Part shown: in pieces, positions 18,617 to 27,838 of the stretch | How positions within the stretch are numbered: position 1 is the stretch's first letter | Layout: each line of letters begins with the position of its first letter | NCBI GenBank assembly: GCA_041483895.1 | Contig: JBGPGO010000001.1 | Location: 352,001-416,000 of the forward strand | Direction: 5' to 3' | From: Fimbriimonadia bacterium | GTDB taxonomy: Bacteria; Armatimonadota; Fimbriimonadia; Fimbriimonadales; JABRVX01 | DNA: 64,000 bases | Program-made: the position numbers and the translations under genes | The notes under the pieces: model-generated | Databases searched by the model: none | What the model was told of the DNA's origin: nothing | What the model saw: the letters and a program-made list of their open reading frames with translations, nothing else

Positions 18617-19714
18617 ATGACAACCGCCGAGTTGAAGGCAACGTGCCGGACGAAGGGGTTTGACTTGGTCGGTATCGCGCCTGCGGTTCCACCGCCGCAT
18701 TATGCCGAGTACCTGCGCTGGCTGCGGGATGAGATGCATGGCGAGATGTCCTATATGTCGCGCCATGCTCCGCTCCGGGCCTCGCTGGAGAATCTTCTAC
18801 CGGGGGCCAAGTCCGTTATCGTCGTTGGGTTGAACTATGCCCGACCGAAGAACCCCCACCCTAACCCTCCCCCTTACTCGCTTCGCTCGCAAGAGGGAGG
18901 GGATCGCCCAATCCCTTCACAGTCGCACTGTGAAGGGGCGAGGGGACGCATCGCAAAGTATGCGTGGGGGCGGGACTATCATGCCGTCATCCGCAAGCGG
19001 CTGAAGCGGGTGGGGCGGTGGCTGGAGGAGCGGGAGTCGGGCGCGCTATGGCGGGTGTGCGTGGATTCCGCTCCTGTGCTGGAACGCGACTACGCGATGC
19101 TTGCGGGGATCGGGTGGTTTGGGAAGAATACGATGATCATCAACTCGCACCGCGGGTCCTATTTCCTGATTGGTTGCTTGCTGACGACGTTGGAGTTGGA
19201 GCCCGACGCGCCGGCGGTGGGTGGATGCGGGACCTGCCGCGCATGCATCGACGCCTGCCCGACGGGGGCGATCGTTGTGAAAAATAACAATGATGTGTCG
19301 GGGTTCACTGACAGCAATACCCCTTCAAACACCAACTCCAAAGACCCCGACACGCATACATACGCAATCGATGCCCGAAGGTGCATCAGCTACCTGACCA
19401 TCGAAAAGCGCGGGGAGATCGATCCCGATCTGCAGCCGCTGATGGGCGATTGGGTGTTCGGGTGCGACGTGTGCCAAGACGTCTGCCCGTTCAACCACCC
19501 CCGCGAAAATGCCCCCTCGCGCGCCGCACCAACCCAAGACACCGACATGGCCCCGCGCCTCGATCCGAACCCATCGCTCTCCGATCTCGTCCTCTTATCG
19601 CCGGAGGAATTCACGCAGCGTTACGCGGGCACGGCCGTGATGCGCGCCAAACGCGACGGAATGACAAGGAACGCGGAAATCGCCGCCAAGAACCATGACA
19701 CTCCATTGCCATAA
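18617..19714 (+). CDS. queG: Epoxyqueuosine reductase with two repeat-derived in-frame insertions
   Basis: YAWGRDYH, VDSAPVLER, GWFGKN, CGTCRACIDACPTGA, RCISYLTIE, GCDVCQDVCPFN. Confidence 0.95.
   Translation: MTTAELKATCRTKGFDLVGIAPAVPPPHYAEYLRWLRDEMHGEMSYMSRHAPLRASLENLLPGAKSVIVVGLNYARPKNPHPNPPPYSLRSQEGGDRPIPSQSHCEGARGRIAKYAWGRDYHAVIRKRLKRVGRWLEERESGALWRVCVDSAPVLERDYAMLAGIGWFGKNTMIINSHRGSYFLIGCLLTTLELEPDAPAVGGCGTCRACIDACPTGAIVVKNNNDVSGFTDSNTPSNTNSKDPDTHTYAIDARRCISYLTIEKRGEIDPDLQPLMGDWVFGCDVCQDVCPFNHPRENAPSRAAPTQDTDMAPRLDPNPSLSDLVLLSPEEFTQRYAGTAVMRAKRDGMTRNAEIAAKNHDTPLP
18853..18937 (+). repeat. Family A plus family B palindromes inside queG
   Basis: CCCCCACCCTAACCCTCCCCCTT..AAGAGGGAGGGGA (18853-18903), then CCCTTCACAGTCGCACTGTGAAGGG (18913-18937), identical to the intergenic copy at 14280. 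Confidence 0.9.
19295..19353 (+). repeat. Family C 59-bp element with terminal inverted repeats inside queG
   Basis: GTGTCGGGGT...ACCCCGACAC; same length and ends as the intergenic copy at 26203-26261. Confidence 0.85.
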
Positions 19715-20624
19715 CTGCAAGCGCACAACGGACACGATATACACGCGGAATCCGCTCGCCCGCCGCTGCCGCATTTGTCAAACCGAGATTGACCTATCGC
19801 GGATCACTGGAGAAGAAATCAGATTCCTGCTGCAATCGGGTGATGATACTGCGACTGATTTCGTCGAAGAGCTTTTGGCGACCACCGACAATCCTGCGCT
19901 GCTTCGGCAGTTTATCGATCTGTGGCAACGTCGATTAAAGGAGCTAGATCGCCTGGCATTGCTGGCTCCGATATTCCTGGGGACCAGCGCGGTCGGCATT
20001 CTTGTCGGACTTGCTTGGACTTTGATCGGGCAAGGTCCTGTCTGGGGCTCGCCGATAATCGGGATCGCGCTCGCAGCCATGAGTCTTGTACCCGCCATCG
20101 CATGGATCCGGGATCATGGCCGGGCCAAGGAAATGCGCAGTGCCATCGAGGAGCTACAGCCCCGGCTGTGCAATCGCTGGCATTCACCGATATCGCTGCC
20201 GATTCTTGGGCGATTCATTGTCCTTGATGGCCTCACCGGCAAGGCTCACAAGAGATTCCTAGAACTCGCGCCGGACATAACGCAGACTGACGCAGATAGG
20301 TATGATCGCTCGGATTGGGAGGTTTTCACGAAGCTGCTGCGGTGGTATCAACAATACGATGACGTGCTCACTTCCTGCTTGATCAACCTGCTCGGTCAAT
20401 CGGGACACGAACCCGCGATCCCGATTCTCGCGGCAGTGGCGCGGCAGGCCAAAGACGACCAGATCGCCGCCGCCGCTGAGCAAGCCTTCTTCCAAATCAA
20501 AGCCCGGCTTTCCAATGCTTCGCTCCTCCGATCCTCCACCGATCCCAGCGCGGACAAGGACACTTTGTTGCGGAAACCGGCAGTGGACGAAAGCACTCTT
20601 GACCTGCTCCGCCCGGCGGAGTGA
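19695..20624 (+). CDS. Hypothetical membrane protein: N-terminal Zn ribbon, 2 TM, C-terminal HEAT-like repeat
   Basis: CHNC..CRIC, two hydrophobic helices, LLGQSGHEPAIPILAAVA. Confidence 0.7.
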   Translation: MTLHCHNCKRTTDTIYTRNPLARRCRICQTEIDLSRITGEEIRFLLQSGDDTATDFVEELLATTDNPALLRQFIDLWQRRLKELDRLALLAPIFLGTSAVGILVGLAWTLIGQGPVWGSPIIGIALAAMSLVPAIAWIRDHGRAKEMRSAIEELQPRLCNRWHSPISLPILGRFIVLDGLTGKAHKRFLELAPDITQTDADRYDRSDWEVFTKLLRWYQQYDDVLTSCLINLLGQSGHEPAIPILAAVARQAKDDQIAAAAEQAFFQIKARLSNASLLRSSTDPSADKDTLLRKPAVDESTLDLLRPAE

Positions 20625-20639
20625 GATAGAATACGCCCA

Positions 20640-21485
20640 ATGGCAGACACCATCAAACGATGCTACTGCAACACGTGCCAGGCTGTGACCGATGGCATCC
20701 ATCGCGCCGATAAACAGAACTGGCAATGCCGCGCGTGCGAAAAGATTCAAGACCTGCCGGACACAATCAAGGAGAACCTCCGCCGCATGATCGCGATCCG
20801 GTCGCCGGAGGTCGTCAGCTACATGGTCAGCAGGCTATCGACCACATACGACGAAGGGATGCTGCGCGCCTTTTACGAACTTTGGAAATCGAGGCGCGCG
20901 AAAATCCGGGACCTTGCCATTTGGTGTCCGATCGCCGTTCTCCTTTCCCTGCTCTGCTTTGGCATCGCGGTGTTGACCTGGATAATGATGTTCAAAATCG
21001 GTTTCAACGTTGGGGTTCTGGCCGTTTCGATCTTGCTCCTTTTGATGGGTGTGTTTCCCATCGCCTGGTTCTATCGGGATTGGCGGATTGCGAAGGGGTT
21101 TGCGACAAACATCGAAACGATGAAAGAGCAGCTTCTGAGCGGTTGGCAAACGCCATACGCCGCGCCGTTCCTTGCGCGCTTTATCGCTGACGGAAGGGCA
21201 AACGCCGCCGCGCGGGTGATCTTCGGAATGGTGGCCGCCAAAGCGAGGGAAATCACCGTGACCCGATTTACGAAAGATGATTTCGAAGCGATCCTTCGCC
21301 TGCTAAATCCCTCGTCCGAGCTAGCATTGCCCACGATCCAACTTTTGGGACTTTCCGCCTATCAACCCGGGATAGCGCGACTGAAGAAATTTGCCGATGC
21401 TTCTCCAGATCTTCATGACGCCGCTATTACCGCCATCCAGGCAATCGAGTGGCGCCTACAGAGGGACGCCCTGGTTCGAAAATAA
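20640..21485 (+). CDS. Probable paralog of the upstream Zn-ribbon/2TM/HEAT-like protein
   Basis: CNTC..CRAC, two TM helices, LLGLSAYQPGIARL. Confidence 0.7.
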   Translation: MADTIKRCYCNTCQAVTDGIHRADKQNWQCRACEKIQDLPDTIKENLRRMIAIRSPEVVSYMVSRLSTTYDEGMLRAFYELWKSRRAKIRDLAIWCPIAVLLSLLCFGIAVLTWIMMFKIGFNVGVLAVSILLLLMGVFPIAWFYRDWRIAKGFATNIETMKEQLLSGWQTPYAAPFLARFIADGRANAAARVIFGMVAAKAREITVTRFTKDDFEAILRLLNPSSELALPTIQLLGLSAYQPGIARLKKFADASPDLHDAAITAIQAIEWRLQRDALVRK

Positions 21486-21489
21486 CGGG

Positions 21490-23241
21490 CTACGGCGCTA
21501 CCTTGATCCAGTCGTCCCAGGTGGTGAAGAGGGCCAGAGTCAACAAGCTGTAATTGCTGTTGTAGCTTCCCGCAGGGGACCAATTGATTGCCAATCCATG
21601 ACTCTTCGGGTGCAGGTCGCCGTGGGAGTTGGCGACAATCGCGTTGTTGATTCGCGTCTGCAAAAAGGCGGCGGACGTGGTGAGATTCGCATCGTTGGCC
21701 TTTACGATAATTTCGTCGCACGCATCATACAGATCAACATAGTCGTTATATCCGTACTGCACGCCGTAATGCTCCGATACCTGGCGCGCATTGCCTAATT
21801 CAACGGTGAAGAACGCCTTCTTCGATATCAACAGCGTCGCGAGATTGGTGAGAGCGTTCCCAAGGTCCGGCAGCTTGCTCTCATCGATGGAAGACTGCGT
21901 GATATTCGATGAGGTCCCGTATGCGTTGATCATCTCCTCAACGAATACTTTGCTGAAATCCTTCACGCTCATGTCGCCGTTGAGCGCAAGCCGGCCGAAG
22001 ATCGCATCGTACGGATACCCCGCGCCGGGCGGACTCTCTTCCGATCCGACCACAAAAGAGGTCACGTCCTTGAGCTCGAACGCCACCTCCATCATCTGAA
22101 GCAGGCTGGCGTCCCAGGCGATCAGATCGATCTTGGGAGTGTGGCTGGTGGATTGCGCCAACTCCCACGTGGCGATGTGGTTGCCGGTCTCGTCGTCGAA
22201 GGAGACCCCGCGTCCGCCGCCGCCGACCGCGCGGCCCCGCCAGCCGGAACCGTGATCCCACATCACCAACACCGTGTGGTCCGCCGGGTAGTTCGCCATT
22301 CCCCAATCGACAAACGCGCGCAGCGTGTGCCAATCACCCATGTCGATCCCCGGCCCCATGTCCTGCAATAGCTGGGAATTGATCGTGTTGGTGTTGTCGT
22401 GCTTTACGAGATATCGCCGCGTCCCGGTCCAGTCGCTGCTGAACTGCGAAATTCGTTTCCACTGCACCACCGTCCGCACGTCGGCGTTGGTGGCCGCGAA
22501 CTCCATCTGATTCACATTCGGGGTGCTGAACGGGTCGAGGTCGTTGGCCGCGTTGAGATAGACGAGGATGGTGTATTTGGTCTTTACCGGCGGGCCGGAA
22601 GTGACCTGGAGCGTGACGTTGGCGCTCTTGCTATTCGATATATTGGTCGCGGTGATGCCCGCGGAGCCCTCGCTGACGCCGGTCGCCAGGCCCGTGTTGG
22701 TGATCGTCGCCGTACCAGTGGCATCGGACTGCCAGGACCAATCGTTGGTCGCGGTGTAGATGTTGGTGCCGATGCTGTCTTGGAGGACCGCGGCGAGCTG
22801 GAGGGTTTTTGTGGCCTGGACCGTGGGGTTGGTGGGTGTGATTTTGACGGATAGATTCGCGCTGCTGAAGGCCGTTATGAACGGTGTGGGCAGGCCGCCG
22901 GTCACCGGTTTGTCGGTCAGGATCTGGGCGAAGGCTGCGCCGGTGCCGTTGTTGCTCGTGTAAGCATCGGCCTGGATTCGGTAGGTCCCGCCAGCAAGGC
23001 TGCCGAATTCGCCGGTCGCGGTCGGCTGGCCGGACACGCGCGGGATTACGCCCTGGGCGACCTGGGTGGCGCCGCTAAAGAGGGTGATCTTGACGCTTTG
23101 CGGATCGTTGCCGCCCGCCCCAACACCCCACTGGACGGTGTAGACGAGCGAGCCAACGGACAGCACGCCCCCGCCCCCGCCGCATCCGGGCGCACACGCC
23201 AACGCGATCAGCCCCACTGCAATCCATTGCCAACGTCTCAA
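21490..23241 (-). CDS. Clostripain-family (peptidase C11) lipoprotein with Ig-like domains; catalytic Cys replaced by Ser
   Basis: YTILVYLNAANDL, DMGD..TLRAFVDW..YPA, WDHGSGW, WDASLLQMMEV, GSEESPPG; lipobox PGC; GGAGG SD before TTG 23241. Confidence 0.85.
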   Translation of the reverse strand: MRRWQWIAVGLIALACAPGCGGGGGVLSVGSLVYTVQWGVGAGGNDPQSVKITLFSGATQVAQGVIPRVSGQPTATGEFGSLAGGTYRIQADAYTSNNGTGAAFAQILTDKPVTGGLPTPFITAFSSANLSVKITPTNPTVQATKTLQLAAVLQDSIGTNIYTATNDWSWQSDATGTATITNTGLATGVSEGSAGITATNISNSKSANVTLQVTSGPPVKTKYTILVYLNAANDLDPFSTPNVNQMEFAATNADVRTVVQWKRISQFSSDWTGTRRYLVKHDNTNTINSQLLQDMGPGIDMGDWHTLRAFVDWGMANYPADHTVLVMWDHGSGWRGRAVGGGGRGVSFDDETGNHIATWELAQSTSHTPKIDLIAWDASLLQMMEVAFELKDVTSFVVGSEESPPGAGYPYDAIFGRLALNGDMSVKDFSKVFVEEMINAYGTSSNITQSSIDESKLPDLGNALTNLATLLISKKAFFTVELGNARQVSEHYGVQYGYNDYVDLYDACDEIIVKANDANLTTSAAFLQTRINNAIVANSHGDLHPKSHGLAINWSPAGSYNSNYSLLTLALFTTWDDWIKVAP

Positions 23242-23259
23242 GTCATTGCCTCCCACTAG

Positions 23260-23371
23260 GTTGTCATTCCGAGAACGTTGTCATTCCGAGCCTGTCGAGA
23301 AATCCCTTTCGGAAGGTCGTCAATAGTTGGAGGCTCCTGAAAGGGATTCCTCGACAGGCTCGGAATGACAA
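23260..23371. repeat. Family D inverted repeat pair (GTCATTCCGAGCCTGTCGAG...)
   Basis: About 32-bp arms at 23278-23309 and 23340-23371 with one mismatch, plus a partial copy at 23260-23273. Confidence 0.8.
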
Positions 23372-23475
23372 AACCGCCTGATGCGACCGGTCTCCTGACC
23401 GGAACCGCATATCCGACGCGCGGACAGGCACGCCGGTTCGGCCCCTATTATGGCCGGGCGGTGCTATAATCGGCC

Positions 23476-25461
23476 ATGCGATGGGCGTTTCCCGTAGCCC
23501 TGCTGACACTTTCTCTCGCCGGCTGCCACACGACGCCGAAGCCGCCTGCCGCGCAGATCCCCCTCGCCCCGCCCGATCCGTGGAAGATCGTCTGCCTCAC
23601 ACCGCCGGAGGACGGGCTGTATCTCTCCAACGGACTCATCGGCCTAAAGGTCGGCCCGGCTGGAGATGGGCGGGACAAGGACGGGAGGCCCTGCCATGTC
23701 TTCCTGGCAGATCGGTATGACAACAACAGCATTACTCCGCGCACAAGTCCGCTGTATCTCGACCTCGAAGTGGGAGGACAAGCCCTCATTCCCAAGGGGC
23801 CGTCTAAATATCGCCAAGAATTGAACATGCGCAACGGTTTGCTCACAACGACTTGGACTCAAACGTCGTCGAGCGGCGGAAAGACATCAGTGAAGGTGGA
23901 GATGCTGCTGGATAGGTTCGATCCATCCGTCGCGGCCCTGCAGTACAGCCTCACATCCGACAAGGACGGGACGCTGACGGCCATCCCGGCAACGGATCCA
24001 CGCTCCCTACATTCTCCTCTTGCCGGCGAGATTGACTACAGCGGCTGGCGGTTCAGGCTCCATCAGGACGCAAAAACTATTAGCGCCAATAAGGTGACTG
24101 AGATAATGTTGCGCGCCGGCAGAACGACGACATTCTTCTTGCTGTGCGTCCATCGGGAAACGGCGAATATCAGGTCCGATATCCGCAGGTTTACCGATGT
24201 TCTGGATGAAAATTCGCGAAAGTGGGAAGAGCTTTGGAAAGGCGACATCGAGATCGACGGCGACGTCGCCGACCAACAACGGGTGCGGAGCTGGCTATTC
24301 AACCTGTATCAGACGGCGTGGGTCCATCCCCTGCCGCCGATGGGGTTGTCGTCGGACATCTACGCCGGCCGCATCTTTTGGGACCAGGAGATCTGGATGG
24401 AGCCAGCGCTCTTGCCGTTTCAGCCCGATACAGTCAAGCTCCTTTTGTGGTGGAGATACGATCATCTGAAGGACGCCGAGGCGAACGCGAAGTCCAAGGG
24501 TTTCGACGGCGCGATGTTTCCGTGGGAGTCCACGCCGGACGGCAAAGAAGGCGCGCCACCGGAATTCCAAAACGAGATTCACGTCAGTGGAGACATTCTT
24601 TTCGCATGGAATCGATACTTATTGTGGACTCCGGAACCCGTTGGCCAGTTTTGGGGAACTCCGCGTTATCCCGCGTTGGCGTATCAGATCCCGAAGTTCT
24701 ACGCCAGCCGGATCAAGAACGGCCAGATCAATGGCGTCGTCAGCCCGGACGAAGGGGACTTGGTAGACAACGATCTCTACACTAACGCGCAAGCTGCATG
24801 GTGTTTACGGGAAGGCGCTAGATTTCAACCCATCCTTGGACCAGAATGGCGGAAGATCGCCGATTCCATCAAGCTCCCGAAAGACCCCAAGACCGGAATG
24901 TACCTCACCTACGACCGGGACATGGGCCGGGCCTACAAGCAGGCCGCCGCGCTGCTCGTCCTCTACCCGCTCGGCATGAAAATGCCGAAAACGGATCAGG
25001 AGCGCATGTTCGATTTCTACAAAGACAAGACCATTGAATCCGGCCCGGCCATGTCGGACGCCATCAACTCCATCATCGCCGCCAAACTGGGCAGACCCGA
25101 AGAGGCCGAGAAGTACTTTCGTAAAAGCTACGAGGGCTTTGTCGGCAAGAACGGGCTGCAGTTTTCCGAGAAGAGGAAGGGCACGAGGCGGACCTACTTC
25201 CTGACCGGCGCGGGCGGATGTCTACAAACCGTTCTTTACGGGTTCGCCGGGCTTGACATTCTGCCGACCAATGAAATAAATATGTCGGCAGGAGCGCCCA
25301 AAATGGTGGCGAAACAGCTTGACAGCGGTTATAGTTTAGTAGTGAACCCCACCCTGCCCAAAGGCTGGACCAAACTGATTTTGCGAGGAATTCACGCGAG
25401 AGGAAAAACATTCACCATCGAAATCTCGCCCAAAGGAGCACAGATACATGAAGGAGGCTAA
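23476..25461 (+). CDS. Glycoside hydrolase family 65-like lipoprotein
   Basis: Lipobox LAGC, LSNGLIG, YAGRIFWDQEIW, GAMFPWES, SPDE, KQA, FLTGAGGCLQ..LYGFAG. Confidence 0.85.
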   Translation: MRWAFPVALLTLSLAGCHTTPKPPAAQIPLAPPDPWKIVCLTPPEDGLYLSNGLIGLKVGPAGDGRDKDGRPCHVFLADRYDNNSITPRTSPLYLDLEVGGQALIPKGPSKYRQELNMRNGLLTTTWTQTSSSGGKTSVKVEMLLDRFDPSVAALQYSLTSDKDGTLTAIPATDPRSLHSPLAGEIDYSGWRFRLHQDAKTISANKVTEIMLRAGRTTTFFLLCVHRETANIRSDIRRFTDVLDENSRKWEELWKGDIEIDGDVADQQRVRSWLFNLYQTAWVHPLPPMGLSSDIYAGRIFWDQEIWMEPALLPFQPDTVKLLLWWRYDHLKDAEANAKSKGFDGAMFPWESTPDGKEGAPPEFQNEIHVSGDILFAWNRYLLWTPEPVGQFWGTPRYPALAYQIPKFYASRIKNGQINGVVSPDEGDLVDNDLYTNAQAAWCLREGARFQPILGPEWRKIADSIKLPKDPKTGMYLTYDRDMGRAYKQAAALLVLYPLGMKMPKTDQERMFDFYKDKTIESGPAMSDAINSIIAAKLGRPEEAEKYFRKSYEGFVGKNGLQFSEKRKGTRRTYFLTGAGGCLQTVLYGFAGLDILPTNEINMSAGAPKMVAKQLDSGYSLVVNPTLPKGWTKLILRGIHARGKTFTIEISPKGAQIHEGG

Positions 25462-25467
25462 CGCGCG

Positions 25468-26196
25468 ATGCCAACTGTCGCAGTAACCGTAGACTGTGAA
25501 GCGGCCAACGAGGGCCGCTGCCACACCCCCGAGATCGTTCAGATCGCCGAAGAGTTCATGATCCCCATCACTTGGATGATTTACGTTTCCGAAAAGAACC
25601 CCACAAGCAACGCAGACCTCTATTACCGAGAGTTTCTCCACCGAATCCCGTCCTGGCACGAAATTGGGCTCCACTGTCACTTTGAGGATCAGACCGGCTA
25701 TGTGGAGAATGAAAAGGTCCGCGCCCAGATTATTCGGATGGGCAAGGACATCCTGAAGTCACATTTGATTAAGCCTACATCGTTCCGCGCCGGATGTTTT
25801 GCCTTGATACCGCCGGACCTGAAGTATTTGGAAGATATCGGCATTATGGTGGACAGCAGCCCGGTTCCGGACAGCGATTACAAGATGTTCGTCGATTGGA
25901 CCGGCGCTCCAAAGCAGCCCTATCATCCCGATTATAACGATTGCCGGAAACAGGGGACGGCGAAGCTGCTTTGCATTCCCGTTTCGGTTGGAGCGAGCCA
26001 GCCCGCGTATATGGACAAGCCGGAGGCCGTGCAGGAGGTTGTCGAGACCTCCGGGAGCACGGACGGCGTCATCTGTCTGGGGACCCATGACTATACGAAC
26101 AACCTCGGGCTGCTGCGAGATGCCATTGCACAGCTTCGCTCGAAGGGCGCGCAGTTCCGGACGCTGACAGCCATCGCGTCGGAAAGACCGATTTAG
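25468..26196 (+). CDS. Polysaccharide deacetylase-like protein
   Basis: VTVDCE, HEIGLHCH, SFRAG, DSS motifs. Confidence 0.75.
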   Translation: MPTVAVTVDCEAANEGRCHTPEIVQIAEEFMIPITWMIYVSEKNPTSNADLYYREFLHRIPSWHEIGLHCHFEDQTGYVENEKVRAQIIRMGKDILKSHLIKPTSFRAGCFALIPPDLKYLEDIGIMVDSSPVPDSDYKMFVDWTGAPKQPYHPDYNDCRKQGTAKLLCIPVSVGASQPAYMDKPEAVQEVVETSGSTDGVICLGTHDYTNNLGLLRDAIAQLRSKGAQFRTLTAIASERPI

Positions 26197-26202
26197 GAGG
26201 TC

Positions 26203-26302
26203 GTGTCGGGGTCTGAGAAAATTGGTCAGCGAAAGGGATTGCCTGGCGAGGACCCCGACACAACGTTTTTTCTCCCTTCACAATCCCTATTGTGAAGGGA
26301 GA
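26203..26302. repeat. Family C element followed by a family B variant, between convergent genes
   Basis: GTGTCGGGGTC..GACCCCGACAC (26203-26261); TCTCCCTTCACAAT-ccct-ATTGTGAAGGGAGA (26271-26302). Confidence 0.85.
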
Positions 26303-26327
26303 ATCTTAACCCGCAGCCACAGGAAAA

Positions 26328-26927
26328 TCATTTCTTGGCGAGCCAGGATTTGACGTCGCGTGCGCTGATGACCTGGACCGTCGGGGTGGCCTCCGCGAGA
26401 AAATCCTGGTAATGCGATTCGGCGAGGTCTCCGGACCGAACGAACTCATCGAACATCGCCTTCAATACCACCTCTTCGGTCGGCTGCGCAACAAACACAT
26501 CCACCCAGACGCCCGGCTCGTCCTCCGCGCTCTTGTACGCCACCGCGCCGATCCAGAAGTCCGAATCCGGACCCGAGGACGGCCCGGCAGGGGCGGATGC
26601 CGCTGCCCCCAAAGCAGTGCCGGAACCCATCGTCCATGCCCCATCGAAAACCTTGAAACCGTCCTGCTTCAGTTTGTGCGCGAAGTCATCCGCCTCTTGC
26701 CGGCCCCCGATCAGCATCTCGGCGACGATCAGCAGGTCCTCCTGGGGATTCGCGTAGCTCACGTGCAAGACGTACCCCGCCGGCCCCGACTGCCCGCCGA
26801 ACCCGGCGTTCGAGCTCACCTGTTGTGGGAGCGCGGCCATCTGTTGATATACGGCCCGATCCGAACTACTGCGATCGTGGCGCTTGACCGCTTCCACAAA
26901 ATCATCGATCGAAACAATTAAGAGCAT
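26328..26927 (-). CDS. Hypothetical acidic protein
   Basis: Open frame with GGAGG SD before ATG 26927; coupled to the upstream gene. Confidence 0.65.
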   Translation of the reverse strand: MLLIVSIDDFVEAVKRHDRSSSDRAVYQQMAALPQQVSSNAGFGGQSGPAGYVLHVSYANPQEDLLIVAEMLIGGRQEADDFAHKLKQDGFKVFDGAWTMGSGTALGAAASAPAGPSSGPDSDFWIGAVAYKSAEDEPGVWVDVFVAQPTEEVVLKAMFDEFVRSGDLAESHYQDFLAEATPTVQVISARDVKSWLAKK

Positions 26928-27838
26928 TGCAATTCCCTCCGGATATTTCCCCATGCGGACTGTAATGCCCGCTTGCTGTTGGCGATGGCAAGCGCGCTCG
27001 TATGGCCCAATGACTTGATCGGCTTCACTTCAAAACTCAAGATGTTCTCGCCGCCCGGCGACAGGTACCCAATCTCAATCAGCCCTTCTAGATAGTCGGT
27101 CAGCTCGGGTATGCCGTTTTCCCCGCCCTCAATCCCCAAGTAGGGATGTTCGTCACCATAGGCGGGATGGGCAGGGTCGCGCATGGCACAGTTGCCCATG
27201 TGCGCGTGCACGAGATATTCCTTGGCGACCCGGAGCGTCTCTTTTGGCCGCTCGCCCAGCAACGGCAAATGGGACAGATCCAACATCAGGCCGCAATTCG
27301 GATACCGCTTTCGAATCTTTGCGCAGACCGCGACCGCCTCCGTGGTCGGACCTATCAGGCAGTTCTTGCCAAACGGGACCCGATCGAAGGCCTCAATACT
27401 GATCGGCATCGCACGGGCATATTCGCAAATCTCATACATTGATTCCAAGAATCGGTCGGTCGCCGCGGGGATGTCCTCCGATGTTTTGCCGCTCAGGACG
27501 GCGAGCGCCGACGCTCCGACCTCCCCCGCCTCATTGATGCATTCCCGAACCTGCCGAACCGCCTTCGCCCGCTCCCCGGCATCGCTATGGTTCAGGTCCA
27601 AGCCCTGCGTCAGCAGCGTCGGTTGAGCGCCATAAGTGTACTTTATGCCCGCTTGCTGTAGGATCGACCGGACTTCCGACCGGCTGTTGTCGTCCTTGAT
27701 CCACGAAATCTCCAGCCCAGTGAAGTAGGAATCTTCGGCCAGCGCCGTTATCGTCTCGACGATGGGACCCTCCCCGCGAATGCATTCGGGGTAGGCCATG
27801 AAGTGAACGATGCCAAGTCGGCAGTGGTTTTGGATCAC
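26918..27838 (-). CDS. Sugar phosphate isomerase/epimerase (xylose-isomerase-like TIM barrel)
   Basis: GIVHFMAYP, IEAFDR, LMLDLSHLP, HAHMGNC, YGDEHP, SFEVKP. Confidence 0.8.
   Translation of the reverse strand: MIQNHCRLGIVHFMAYPECIRGEGPIVETITALAEDSYFTGLEISWIKDDNSRSEVRSILQQAGIKYTYGAQPTLLTQGLDLNHSDAGERAKAVRQVRECINEAGEVGASALAVLSGKTSEDIPAATDRFLESMYEICEYARAMPISIEAFDRVPFGKNCLIGPTTEAVAVCAKIRKRYPNCGLMLDLSHLPLLGERPKETLRVAKEYLVHAHMGNCAMRDPAHPAYGDEHPYLGIEGGENGIPELTDYLEGLIEIGYLSPGGENILSFEVKPIKSLGHTSALAIANSKRALQSAWGNIRRELQCS

Noticed and set aside
18850..18940. Intein or intron explanation for the queG and pabB insertions
   Set aside because: Too short, no intein terminal residues or group I/II intron features; explained by dispersed DNA repeats.
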